Source: an uncultured Melioribacteraceae bacterium
GTDB taxonomy: Bacteria > Bacteroidota > Ignavibacteria > Ignavibacteriales > Melioribacteraceae
Direction: 5' to 3'
Assembly (NCBI GenBank): GCA_964400095.1
Contig: CAYNUJ010000001.1
Span: 1,770 to 51,281 of the forward strand
DNA: 49,512 nucleotides
Part shown: positions 36,780 to 45,967 of the stretch, in pieces
Layout: every line of letters begins with the position of its first letter
How positions within the stretch are numbered: position 1 is the first letter of the stretch
Translations under genes and position numbers: made by a program
Notes under the pieces: generated by a model
Seen by the model: only the letters and a program-made list of their open reading frames with translations
Database searches by the model: none
Told to the model about the DNA's origin: nothing

Positions 36780-37062
36780 AAATTAATTCTTTGCGAATTG
36801 ATTGATAATATTTTTCCTTAATTCCATTTTTCGATATTAAATCTACCTTAAATCCGATTAATTCTTCAATTTCCTCTGCAAGATCAATAAAACGAATGCC
36901 GATTTTCCCGTTGAATTCGACCATCAAATCCAAATCGCTTCCTTCGTCCTCCTCTTTTCGTGCATAGGACCCAAAAATCGCCATTGATTTTATAGGGTAT
37001 TCAATAAATAAACGCTGCTTGTGCTGGTTCAAAGTGAATTTTATTTCATGTAAAGATTTCAT
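36772..37062 (-). CDS. mntA: MntA-like minimal nucleotidyltransferase antitoxin
   Basis: 96 aa with the GSx10DxD motif GSYARKEEDEGSDLD. An 8-nt overlap (ATGTCTAA) joins it to hepT. Confidence 0.88.
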   Translation of the reverse strand: MKSLHEIKFTLNQHKQRLFIEYPIKSMAIFGSYARKEEDEGSDLDLMVEFNGKIGIRFIDLAEEIEELIGFKVDLISKNGIKEKYYQSIRKELIYV

Positions 37063-37126
37063 AATTCAAAATTACTAATATTATTTATAAGATTCCTCAC
37101 TATTAGTCGGAATGTGTCATCTGATA

Positions 37127-38752
37127 CTATTTGAGCAGAATCATTTTTTTTACTGCTGAAAAATTTTCCGAAACCATCTTATAGAAATAGACCCCGCTTG
37201 ATAAATTACCGGTATGTAATTTAATAATATAACTTCCCGGTCTTTTAATTTCATCTAAAAGCGCTGCAATATTTTGACCGAGTAGATTAAATAATTCAAT
37301 TTTAATTAACGATTTACGGGGTACGTCATACTTAATAGTTGTGCCGTTATTAAAAGGATTAGGATAGTTCTGGTTTAAACTATATTTAGCTGGAATTTCA
37401 GAGACGATTGTTTCTTTGCGTGAAATACCGCTAAATTTAACAAGTTCATTGTAATCCAATTCTTGTAACAGCCCGGCTCTTCTTCTCAATTCATCAATAC
37501 TGCCTAAATTATTGGTTCCGCGGGCGGCAATAAGAGCATACATTACCCATTGAGTGTCCATCGGAGCGAGGTTAAACGGACCGGAAAAAATATAAAATCC
37601 TGCTCCGCCGCCCGTTTTCAATTTGTTAGCAAGCCATCCGGTATTATTTACCGGATCGCCGGAGTATCTAAACGTAGTCTTTTTGTTAGTGAATGGATCG
37701 ATAATATCTTTTCCTGATTTGTTATATCCTCTTGCAATATTCCAAGCCGTACTTCTTGAATATGCAGGACCAAAATTTGAGGAATCCGGAAACGAATCAT
37801 CATGAAAACCCCAGAAGGCGGATATATCCAAATTTTTGTAATCGGGTCTTTTTTCTCCTTTAAAAGTTGCCGTTTTGCCTGGAGAATTTACCGAAGGTCC
37901 GAATAATTGGAGGTAACCGACAGAAGGGATTTTTGTACTATCGTACCAAGGATTATTTGGAGTAAAATCGCTCCAGCAATAACCTAATTGTAGAGAAGGA
38001 TCAACTGCGGGATAATTATTTTCCCCATAAAAATCAATATCAGTCCATAAACCTACATAAGCTGAATCAATAGGAGTATATCCTTTATTAATAATTGTAT
38101 ATTCAAAAAATATAACATCCTTTAAGAAATCCGGAATATTGTTTGAAGCTAAATCATAAGCGAATACAATTTGATGGATTTCCAAAGGGAAAGTCGGGTA
38201 ATCTGAACGATCTCTAAAAACAGGGATAACACAATTTTGATCAAAACTATTGTAAATTGTCCAAAGCATTTGATCTCCATACAATTTTATTTTCAAATCG
38301 TTCGTGATCGGAGCGCCCCACTCTATGGGCCAATCCTTCATGTCAATATTAATATCATTCGAATCACCTTTGGAAATTTTATATACTCTGTATTTCAAAG
38401 AATCCTCCGGATGCGAGTTCATAGCAGCTTCATCGTCTAATATTGGTCCAGGCGAATATAACGACCCCCACATCGCTTCGGACAAGTAAATTTCATTATT
38501 CATTTTACCGATTAAAAATAGTCCTTGTTCATAGACAATGGTTTCTAAACCAAAACGGAGCCAGCTGCACTGGTTTGGATAACCGCTGTTAGTAACTGTT
38601 AAGAAACCGTAATTATTGTTTGGTATATGAATATAGTTTGCGTTAAGTTCTTTAATGTCATAATAATAAGGAAATACATTTCTATAATCCTGCGAAAATA
38701 AGTTGCCTGATATGAATAATATAATTAATATTATTTTAACTCTTATTTCCAT
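37127..38752 (-). CDS. Secreted protein of unknown function with a T9SS C-terminal sorting domain
   Basis: Signal peptide MEIRVKIILIILFISGNLFSQ from the ATG at 38752 (the track ORF starts at a TTG at 38821). The C-terminus reads NYPNPFNNGTTIKY...GVYFYKM...KKMILLK. Confidence 0.8.
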   Translation of the reverse strand: MEIRVKIILIILFISGNLFSQDYRNVFPYYYDIKELNANYIHIPNNNYGFLTVTNSGYPNQCSWLRFGLETIVYEQGLFLIGKMNNEIYLSEAMWGSLYSPGPILDDEAAMNSHPEDSLKYRVYKISKGDSNDINIDMKDWPIEWGAPITNDLKIKLYGDQMLWTIYNSFDQNCVIPVFRDRSDYPTFPLEIHQIVFAYDLASNNIPDFLKDVIFFEYTIINKGYTPIDSAYVGLWTDIDFYGENNYPAVDPSLQLGYCWSDFTPNNPWYDSTKIPSVGYLQLFGPSVNSPGKTATFKGEKRPDYKNLDISAFWGFHDDSFPDSSNFGPAYSRSTAWNIARGYNKSGKDIIDPFTNKKTTFRYSGDPVNNTGWLANKLKTGGGAGFYIFSGPFNLAPMDTQWVMYALIAARGTNNLGSIDELRRRAGLLQELDYNELVKFSGISRKETIVSEIPAKYSLNQNYPNPFNNGTTIKYDVPRKSLIKIELFNLLGQNIAALLDEIKRPGSYIIKLHTGNLSSGVYFYKMVSENFSAVKKMILLK

Positions 38753-38896
38753 TGAAATATCCGATTTCTGTTTTCCACTATTCGTAAAGTGTAAATTAAA
38801 AGTTTTCGCAAATAATTCCAAGAATATGTATTTAATTAACTTTCCTCTCTACAACAACTTCAATAAGCTAATCCTTCAACAATTGCACAGCAGTTT

Positions 38897-38985
38897 ACAC
38901 CTAAATCCTTTTTTTGTCAACATGTTTCAGGACGGGACAACCAAGACAATATACCCTATACCCCTATACCTTTATACCTAATACG
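38897..38985 (-). repeat. Dispersed repeat module 1 (copy C, inverted orientation)
   Basis: The reverse complement reads GGTATAAA GGTATAGG GGTATAGG GTATATTGTCTTGG TTGTCCCGTCCTGAAACATGTTGACAAAAAAAGGATTTAG. Confidence 0.8.
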
Positions 38986-38993
38986 TCTCAGCG

Positions 38994-39037
38994 CAAAAAA
39001 AAGCCCGCTCACTTTACGCGGGCAGGCTTTTTTTAAA
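38994..39037 (-). terminator. Rho-independent, bidirectional-looking terminator after the POT transporter gene
   Basis: aaaaaaaaGCCCGCtcactttacGCGGGCaggcttttttt. On the minus strand the GC stem is followed by an 8-T run. Confidence 0.8.
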
Positions 39038-39054
39038 TGATGTTCAAATTAAAA

Positions 39055-40557
39055 TCAATCCGTGGCTTTTCTTAATTTTTTCAAAAATAAAGCTATTAAC
39101 AGCGCGGCGAATAGGGAAGTGGAAATAAGGAGCAGAAAGAACTGCCATAATTCCCAATTCTGATAGAAACGTCCCACAAAGCCGGAGAAATAATTACCGA
39201 CCGCAGTGGCGCCGAACCACATTCCCATCATCAAACCTTTCATTTTCGGGGGCGCTACTTTGGAAACGAAGGATAAGCCCATCGGACTTAAATGCAGCTC
39301 GCCGACGGTAATAACCAAGTACGACATAATTAACCAATAAGGACTGATTGTTACCGAAGAGGAAGCGCCGTTTAACGTATGCACAGCGGGCAACCCGATT
39401 GAAGCGAGAAGCAGTACAAAAAACGCCAGCGCGGTGAATATCATTCCCAAACCAATTTTACCCGGCGACGAGGGTTCTTTCCCTTTGGAATTCATATATT
39501 TGAACATCCCAACAATTACAGGCGTAAGAAGAACAATAAACATCGGATTAAAAGATTGGAACTGTTCCGGTGAAATGCTGTTATGATCCGGAAGCTCGGC
39601 GATTTTATAGATAATTATCGCAATTCCCGCGACAACGGCGCCTCCGGAATACATTTTCCCTTTGCTCGAAATATTTCTTGAAAAGAAAAATCCGGCTCCC
39701 AATAATACCGCTAATACCGCATGAAGACCGACTATATCGAATAAAATGTAAGTAAAATTGCTTACGGTAGTATCGGTATAATTTTTAGCGAATAAAGTTA
39801 ACGCAGCTCCGTTCTGGTGGAAAGACATCCAAAAGAAAATCACAATCGCAAAAATTATCATTAACGCAGTTACTCTTTCTTTTTCTTGGGCTTTACTCAA
39901 GTGAAGGTCTTTATCGTGATTGGTTACATCTTTCGATTGATAATCGGCATCCGAGTAATGTTTCTTAAAAATGGTGAAAATAATGAAAGAAATTATCATT
40001 CCCAGCGCGGCAATAGCAAAACCGGCGTTATAACCTTGGGCTATTGTGCCGCCCATATTTGCCATAACAAAACTTTTAATTCCCGAAGCGGCTTGAGGCG
40101 CGTAAAAAGCTCCGATATTAATTCCCATGTAGAAAATATTGTATCCGGCGTCTTTAACCGAACCTTCGGCGTGAGAATATAAATTTCCTACAAGAACCGA
40201 TATGTTTGCTTTGAATAAACCGTTGCCTATAGCCACAATGCCTAAAGCGATGAATAATTGTATCTCGGAATCTGTCGGAATAGCCATTAACGCGTAGCCT
40301 ACTCCCATCGTTATGGCGCCTATTGTGATAGTTTTTCCATACCCGAGAAAATTATCGGCAATCCAGCCTCCAATTATAGGCGTGAAATAGACCGCCGCTA
40401 AAAATATTCCATATATATTTGTCGTCGTTGCAGCGTCCCATTTGAAATTTTCCTGCAGATACAAGACAAAAATAGCGAGCATAGTATAAAAACCGAATCG
40501 TTCCCACATTTCAGTAAAGAATAAAACGGGAAGACCCTTTGGGTGATTTTTGAACAT
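39055..40557 (-). CDS. POT/PTR2 family proton-dependent oligopeptide transporter
   Basis: HPKGLPVLFFTEMWERFGFYTM (PTR2 signature), GGWIADNFLG, and about 14 TM segments. Confidence 0.9.
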   Translation of the reverse strand: MFKNHPKGLPVLFFTEMWERFGFYTMLAIFVLYLQENFKWDAATTTNIYGIFLAAVYFTPIIGGWIADNFLGYGKTITIGAITMGVGYALMAIPTDSEIQLFIALGIVAIGNGLFKANISVLVGNLYSHAEGSVKDAGYNIFYMGINIGAFYAPQAASGIKSFVMANMGGTIAQGYNAGFAIAALGMIISFIIFTIFKKHYSDADYQSKDVTNHDKDLHLSKAQEKERVTALMIIFAIVIFFWMSFHQNGAALTLFAKNYTDTTVSNFTYILFDIVGLHAVLAVLLGAGFFFSRNISSKGKMYSGGAVVAGIAIIIYKIAELPDHNSISPEQFQSFNPMFIVLLTPVIVGMFKYMNSKGKEPSSPGKIGLGMIFTALAFFVLLLASIGLPAVHTLNGASSSVTISPYWLIMSYLVITVGELHLSPMGLSFVSKVAPPKMKGLMMGMWFGATAVGNYFSGFVGRFYQNWELWQFFLLLISTSLFAALLIALFLKKLRKATD

Positions 40558-40672
40558 ATTTTCTCCTTCGTTAGTTAGGTAGCTCTTTTAAAAAAGATTC
40601 GCAAAGATATGAAAGTCCGTACGAATTCAAAAACCAATAATTACCGACGAATAATTTAATAGGTGGGAAGAG

Positions 40673-43600
40673 TTACAAAGACTCTTTAACTTTATCCACG
40701 TCGTCATATACAATAGTCATCAATTCCTCTTTAGTTAAATCCGCCGCGAGCGCAAGGCGTTCTTCCTGATTAGCAATGGCGGAATAGAGAATATTTCTCG
40801 CCGTTCGAGCGTTCCCGAAATTTTTATCTCTGTTTTCGTACAACTCGTCGAACAATTCAAGCAGCAACTGCAGGGCGCCTTCGTCTAAAATGTATCCGTT
40901 CTTTTCGGCTATATTCCATGCGATATCAAGCAGTTCGCGAGGCGAGTAATCTTCGAATAAGAATTTATTCGGGAACCGCGAATTCAATCCGGGATTTGAA
41001 GCGAGGAAAGCGTCCATTTCGTTTGTGTAGCCCGCTACAATCACTACAAACTCACCTTTATGGTCTTCCATCCTTTTAAGAAGAGTATCTATCGCTTCCT
41101 GACCGAAATCATTCCCGCCTCTGGCAAGCGTGTATGCTTCGTCTATGAATAAAGTTCCGCCGAGAGAGCGTTTAATTACTTCCTCGGTTTTAGAAGCCGT
41201 CTGTCCCTGATAGCCTGCAACAAGATCAGCCCGGTCAACTTCAACCAGATGACCTCTTTCGAGCATACCCAATTCTTTGTAAACTTTACTCATCAATCTT
41301 GCTACAGTTGTTTTTCCCGTTCCGGGATTCCCTAGGAAAACCGAATGAAGCGGTTTTTCTATTACCTGAAGTCCCCGTTCTTTACGCAGTTTGGCAACCT
41401 TTAAACCGTTTATTAATTTCTCAACACCGTCTTTAACCGCCTTTAATCCCTTCAGACTGTTCAACTCGTCCATTACTTTTTTCAATCCTTCGGGGTCGGT
41501 GGAAATTTCATATTTTTTCGCTTTTGTCGTTTCTTTTTGAAGGACTTCAAAATCTTCCAATTTTAAAGCTTTATTTTCTTCTTTCGAGCGTTCTTCATGA
41601 TCCATTTCCGCTAATCTGATTAATCTTCTTTGTTTAGCGGCGTCCATAAGATTTCTTACTATTCTCGCGTTGCCGAAATTTTTATCTCTGTTTCTGTAAA
41701 TTTCTGTAAAGTATTTGTGAAGTCCTTTTTTAACTTCCTTTGTTAATTTAAGGTCTTCCGCGGCTAAAATGCGTTCGGAAATTTCAAGTAGATTATCCGG
41801 AGTGTAATCGTCAAAGTGAATAGTTTTAGTGAAACGGCTTTGTATGCCGGGATTACTTTCAATAAAAGAGCGCATTTCTTCCGTATATCCGGCGGCTATA
41901 ACAATAAATTTACCGCGGTCGTCTTCCATTCTCTTCAAAAGCGTATCAATAGCTTCCTTGCCGAAGTCGTTCGAACTCCCTTTAGCCGATATAAGCGTAT
42001 AAGCTTCGTCAATAAAAAGCGTTCCTCCGAGAGCTTTATCAATGGCTTCGGATGTCTTCTGCGCGGTTTGTCCCACGTAACTTGCCACAAGTCCCTGTTT
42101 GTCAACTTCCACTAAATGACCTTTCGGTAATATCCCGAGCGAAGAGAAAATCTGACCGAAGATACGGGCTACAGTGGTTTTACCCGTGCCCGGATTACCG
42201 AGAAATAGATAATGATTGCAGAATTTACTTTTAAGGTCTTCTCCCTCCTCGGCGTAATACCTTGCAAGTTTTACCAGATCGGAAATTTCCTTTGCTGCGC
42301 GTTCGAGTCCTATAAGCGAGTTCAGTTTTTCCAACGCAACTTTTAACTGTTCTTCGTCAATTGATATCTTTGCTTCTTTATGATCCTTTTCAGCAAGAAT
42401 ATTTTGAATATCTTCAAGAATGATTGTTGTCATAGCTTCGGTAGTCTGGTCGTCCGTTTCCAATTGCGTGAACCGGCGGCTTAGCTCTAACTTCGCTTCC
42501 TCGAATAAAATTCTAACCAATCGCGCGTTGCCGAAGTTTTTATCTCTATTTCTATAGAGTTTGGTGAATTCTTTCAGCAAAAATTCTTTTGCATCGTCTG
42601 CAATGGAATATTCCTCGTTCTTCATCAGCATTTCGAATATTTCCATTAATTCTTCCGGCATATAATCTTCAAATTCAAATCTTCGTGTAAATCTGGATTT
42701 TAATCCCGGATTGGAAGTGAGGAAAGTTTCCATTTCCTCGGTATAGCCGGCTGCAATAACAATAAATTTACCGCGGTCGTCTTCCATTCTTTTAAGAAGA
42801 ATATCTACTGCTTCCTGACCGAAGTCCTGACCGCCGCCGCCTTTTTTTACCAATGTGTATGCTTCGTCAATAAAGAGAACTCCGCCCATCGCTTCTTCTA
42901 TCACTTTCTCAGCCTTCTGCGCTGTTTCACCAACATACTGACCGACCAGTCCGCTTCGGTCAACTTCAACAACGTGTCCTTTGGGCAGAACGTTCATCGC
43001 ACGGAATAATCGTCCCATCAAACGAGCGATTGTAGTTTTGCCGGTTCCCGGATTTCCGATGAAAACCGAATGGAGTGAAATGGTTTCATCAACTTTTAAT
43101 CCTTTCTTTTTTCGCTGCTGGATGAATTCCAAATATGTCATGAAATCGCGGACGGATTTTTTTATTGTTCCAAGACCTATAAATTTATCGAGTTCTGCTA
43201 AAACATCGTCAATGGATTCTTCCGAAGGTAAAATCATTTCGTTAGTTTTTTCGAAAGATTTTTCAGTTTCTCCTTCCTCCATCTGACTGAAAACAGGTTT
43301 TTCAACTTTCTTTTCCTCTTCAGGTTCAAGAAGAATGGCGTTATCGCCGATTCCGAACCATTTATCACATATCTTAAAGCCTCCCATGTAAATTTCAACT
43401 TTTCCTTGTCCTCTTGCCCATGCGTGTACTTCATCGGAACCCCAAGTTTGAGCAAAAATCACGGCGTCCCAACTTTGATTTACGTCGAGAAGGAAATCAT
43501 TTCTTCCAATTTCAAAGTCGTTCAAATACCAAACGGAGGTGCATTTATATTCCTTATCCTCAATTTGGTAAAAAGGATTGTTAAATACGAGTTCAACGCC

Positions 43601-44608
43601 GACGTGCCTGAGATTCTTTTCTTCAAACACTTGATAGTAAACTCTTTTTCCTTTACTTTTATCTAATCCCGCGTCAAAAGTCTTTGCGGCAAAAATATCG
43701 GCAAATTCATTTGGAAAGAAAATTGCTCCGGTTCTAAAAGCGGGAATATCTTTATCTTCTTCAGCGGGCAGATTAATTTCTTCTTCGTCAACAACAAATT
43801 CCTGCGGTTCTTCGGCTATTTCGTCGATGGAAACTTCATATTCCCCGTTAATCAAATCCTCGAGTTTATTATAAATGCTTTCAAATTCTTCGTTGTTTTT
43901 GAACTCAGATTTTAATTCCTTAGCTTCTTTAAACGCGGGAAAGTACTGGTATGTCATCAGCATTGCCTTCAGACGCAGTACTTGCGCCCTTTGGCGGTTT
44001 TTTTTCTTTTTAATATTTGCTATTAAGATTTTAGTAGTATAAAGAATAAACCAATAATCTTTGGATATAAAAGCGTCGCCGCACAGATCAATTAAATCGG
44101 AGACTTCAAATTCGGTTTTTTCGTCGGTGATTATTGAAGCGATATCCAGCAGTTCGACGCATTCTTCCCAGTCTTTTTTGTAATGAGAATGCGGCTTATA
44201 ATTTTCAACCAAATTAATCGCTTCGGTAAATTTGCCAAGTCCCGCGAGAGAACGCGCTTTGTTCAGCATCGACCAAGTAATAATTTCTTTCTGCTTTTGA
44301 AGAGCGAAATCGAGTTCTTTAATAGCGCCGTCGAATATATTCATCCTCGAAAGAATATATCCCCGGTAAAGCCGGTTCATGGGGGAATCTTCTAATTCAA
44401 TTGCCGTGTTTGCTAGCTCCATCGCATTGGAAGGGTCTCCGTTTTCAAGTACTGCCCATGCAAGCAGCATAACTACAGTACCGTCGTTCGGAGAGGCTCT
44501 ATAAAGTTTTTTAGCTCCGTCCAGCGCAAGCTTTTTCCTTCCCTGGAGGAGATGGTCGGATGTTTCGCGTTTTATTTTATTGAACTCTTCTCGAGTTAAT
44601 TTTTTCAT
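40673..44608 (-). CDS. TPR-repeat protein with an unassigned central domain and three tandem CbxX/SpoVK-type AAA+ ATPase modules (1311 aa)
   Basis: Walker A GNPGTGKT at aa 518, 804 and 1093. Walker B LFIDEAY at aa 578, 864 and 1153. NPG(L/I)xSRF and RDKNFGNAR occur in all three modules. The N-terminal ~260 aa are TPR-like helical repeats. Confidence 0.85.
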   Translation of the reverse strand: MKKLTREEFNKIKRETSDHLLQGRKKLALDGAKKLYRASPNDGTVVMLLAWAVLENGDPSNAMELANTAIELEDSPMNRLYRGYILSRMNIFDGAIKELDFALQKQKEIITWSMLNKARSLAGLGKFTEAINLVENYKPHSHYKKDWEECVELLDIASIITDEKTEFEVSDLIDLCGDAFISKDYWFILYTTKILIANIKKKKNRQRAQVLRLKAMLMTYQYFPAFKEAKELKSEFKNNEEFESIYNKLEDLINGEYEVSIDEIAEEPQEFVVDEEEINLPAEEDKDIPAFRTGAIFFPNEFADIFAAKTFDAGLDKSKGKRVYYQVFEEKNLRHVGVELVFNNPFYQIEDKEYKCTSVWYLNDFEIGRNDFLLDVNQSWDAVIFAQTWGSDEVHAWARGQGKVEIYMGGFKICDKWFGIGDNAILLEPEEEKKVEKPVFSQMEEGETEKSFEKTNEMILPSEESIDDVLAELDKFIGLGTIKKSVRDFMTYLEFIQQRKKKGLKVDETISLHSVFIGNPGTGKTTIARLMGRLFRAMNVLPKGHVVEVDRSGLVGQYVGETAQKAEKVIEEAMGGVLFIDEAYTLVKKGGGGQDFGQEAVDILLKRMEDDRGKFIVIAAGYTEEMETFLTSNPGLKSRFTRRFEFEDYMPEELMEIFEMLMKNEEYSIADDAKEFLLKEFTKLYRNRDKNFGNARLVRILFEEAKLELSRRFTQLETDDQTTEAMTTIILEDIQNILAEKDHKEAKISIDEEQLKVALEKLNSLIGLERAAKEISDLVKLARYYAEEGEDLKSKFCNHYLFLGNPGTGKTTVARIFGQIFSSLGILPKGHLVEVDKQGLVASYVGQTAQKTSEAIDKALGGTLFIDEAYTLISAKGSSNDFGKEAIDTLLKRMEDDRGKFIVIAAGYTEEMRSFIESNPGIQSRFTKTIHFDDYTPDNLLEISERILAAEDLKLTKEVKKGLHKYFTEIYRNRDKNFGNARIVRNLMDAAKQRRLIRLAEMDHEERSKEENKALKLEDFEVLQKETTKAKKYEISTDPEGLKKVMDELNSLKGLKAVKDGVEKLINGLKVAKLRKERGLQVIEKPLHSVFLGNPGTGKTTVARLMSKVYKELGMLERGHLVEVDRADLVAGYQGQTASKTEEVIKRSLGGTLFIDEAYTLARGGNDFGQEAIDTLLKRMEDHKGEFVVIVAGYTNEMDAFLASNPGLNSRFPNKFLFEDYSPRELLDIAWNIAEKNGYILDEGALQLLLELFDELYENRDKNFGNARTARNILYSAIANQEERLALAADLTKEELMTIVYDDVDKVKESL

Positions 44609-44722
44609 TCGATTGAACAGCCAAATTTTGTATTCTTAAGATAAGAAAAAATTTTCTATTTTTTTCAAATTTATGTAACAATTTCCTTTCTTTATGCGTC
44701 TAACGACAAAAACGAGTACATT

Positions 44723-45376
44723 ATGAAAAGTAAAATTTTAATGGTAGCCGTTATTCTGTCAATCGCGTTAATTGGCTGCAGACGGTGGGGAGTAAGAGGA
44801 AACGGCAACGTTATTGTTGAAGAGAGGCTTTTAGACGGGTTCTCGCGCGTTGAGGCTTCGGGGATATTTTATATTAAAATAGCCGCCGGAGAGGATTATG
44901 ATGTTAAGGTTAGAGCCGAAGAAAATTTGATGAAATATATAAAAATCCGTATCAATGAAAAAACTTTAACTATTTACACTTCCCGCAATTTATCGCCGAG
45001 AAAGAAAATTCAAATTAAAATATCTATGCCGGAATTAAAAGGTATTGAATCTTCGGGTGTGAATAAGATATTCGCTAAGAATCTGCACACCAAGAAATTG
45101 TCAGTCGATTTAAGCGGAGCCGGATCAATTACTTTAAGCGGGGAAGTGAATAAAATGAGAGCTGATATTTCCGGAGCCAGTAAATTGGAAGCTGGAAAAT
45201 TACGCGCGTATAAAATTATTCTCGATGTAAGCGGAGCTTCTTCGGCGGAAGTGAATGTAGTGGATTATTTGAACGCCGATGTTTCCGGAGCCAGCAAAGT
45301 AAGATATTTCGGCGCTCCCGAAAAAGTAGTTACTAACATATCGGGCGTTTCTTCGGTAAGGAAAATAAAAGAATAA
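44723..45376 (+). CDS. Lipoprotein with a DUF2807 / head GIN (adhesin-like beta-helix) domain
   Basis: Lipobox LSIALIGC. Repeated SGAGSITLSG / ISGASKLEA / VSGASSAEV / VSGASKVRY rungs. Confidence 0.75.
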   Translation: MKSKILMVAVILSIALIGCRRWGVRGNGNVIVEERLLDGFSRVEASGIFYIKIAAGEDYDVKVRAEENLMKYIKIRINEKTLTIYTSRNLSPRKKIQIKISMPELKGIESSGVNKIFAKNLHTKKLSVDLSGAGSITLSGEVNKMRADISGASKLEAGKLRAYKIILDVSGASSAEVNVVDYLNADVSGASKVRYFGAPEKVVTNISGVSSVRKIKE

Positions 45377-45412
45377 TCTCTTCGCGCGTTCGCGGCTATC
45401 AGTCGAAATTCC

Positions 45413-45443
45413 CAACAATTTTCCGATAGATATTGTTGTTTTT
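45413..45443 (+). terminator. Possible weak terminator after the DUF2807 gene
   Basis: CAACAAT (45413..45419) pairs with ATTGTTG (45432..45438) and is followed by ttttt. The stem is AT-rich, so this is tentative. Confidence 0.35.
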
Positions 45444-45500
45444 AACAATAAGTCATAAATTAAGAACCTGAATTTCAATAATTTAAATCTGAGGTAAAAA

Positions 45501-45932
45501 TTGGCTTTTTCATTAAACAGAATTATGCTCATAGGAAATCTTGGCAACGACGCTGAAAACAGGGTTACAGCCAACGACGTATCAGTAACAAGCTTCTCCG
45601 TAGCTACAACACATAGTTATAAAGGAAGGGACGGCAATTGGACGGACGAAACAACTTGGCATAATGTGGTCGCTTTCAACTTATCGGATTATATGAAAGA
45701 TCAATTAAGGAAAGGTCGCAAATTTTATGTGGAAGGAAGGCTGAATAAAAGAACTTACGAAAATAAAGAAGGTAGAACTATTTACGTTACCGAAGTAGTA
45801 AGTGAAAGGCTGATTCCGCTTGAATCTTCTCATTCAGGTTCCACTCCAAAAGCGGCGGGAGAACCGTCAACTAATTATTCGCCTTCTCCGGCTTCCGATA
45901 AAGCGAATGAACCGGATGATCTTCCATTTTAA
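45501..45932 (+). CDS. ssb: Single-stranded DNA-binding protein
   Basis: LNRIMLIGNLGNDAENR OB-fold start, a Pro/Ser/Gly-rich linker, and the acidic tip EPDDLPF. TTG start after GAGG. Confidence 0.92.
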   Translation: MAFSLNRIMLIGNLGNDAENRVTANDVSVTSFSVATTHSYKGRDGNWTDETTWHNVVAFNLSDYMKDQLRKGRKFYVEGRLNKRTYENKEGRTIYVTEVVSERLIPLESSHSGSTPKAAGEPSTNYSPSPASDKANEPDDLPF

Positions 45933-45967
45933 TTGTATTGTTTAATAATTGAGGTTTATTTAGTTTT

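Noticed and set aside
37063-37126. The palindrome TAATATTA upstream of mntA, considered as a TA operator.
   Set aside because: An 8-bp AT-only palindrome in a region that spot-counts at roughly 20-33 percent GC is expected by chance. There is no second half-site or repeat to support it.
41898-42790. Identical 35-nt segments 858 nt apart inside the AAA+ gene, considered as copies of a mobile repeat.
   Set aside because: They are in frame and encode the same DDRGKFIVIAAGY segment of two homologous AAA+ modules. This is internal domain duplication, not an inserted element.
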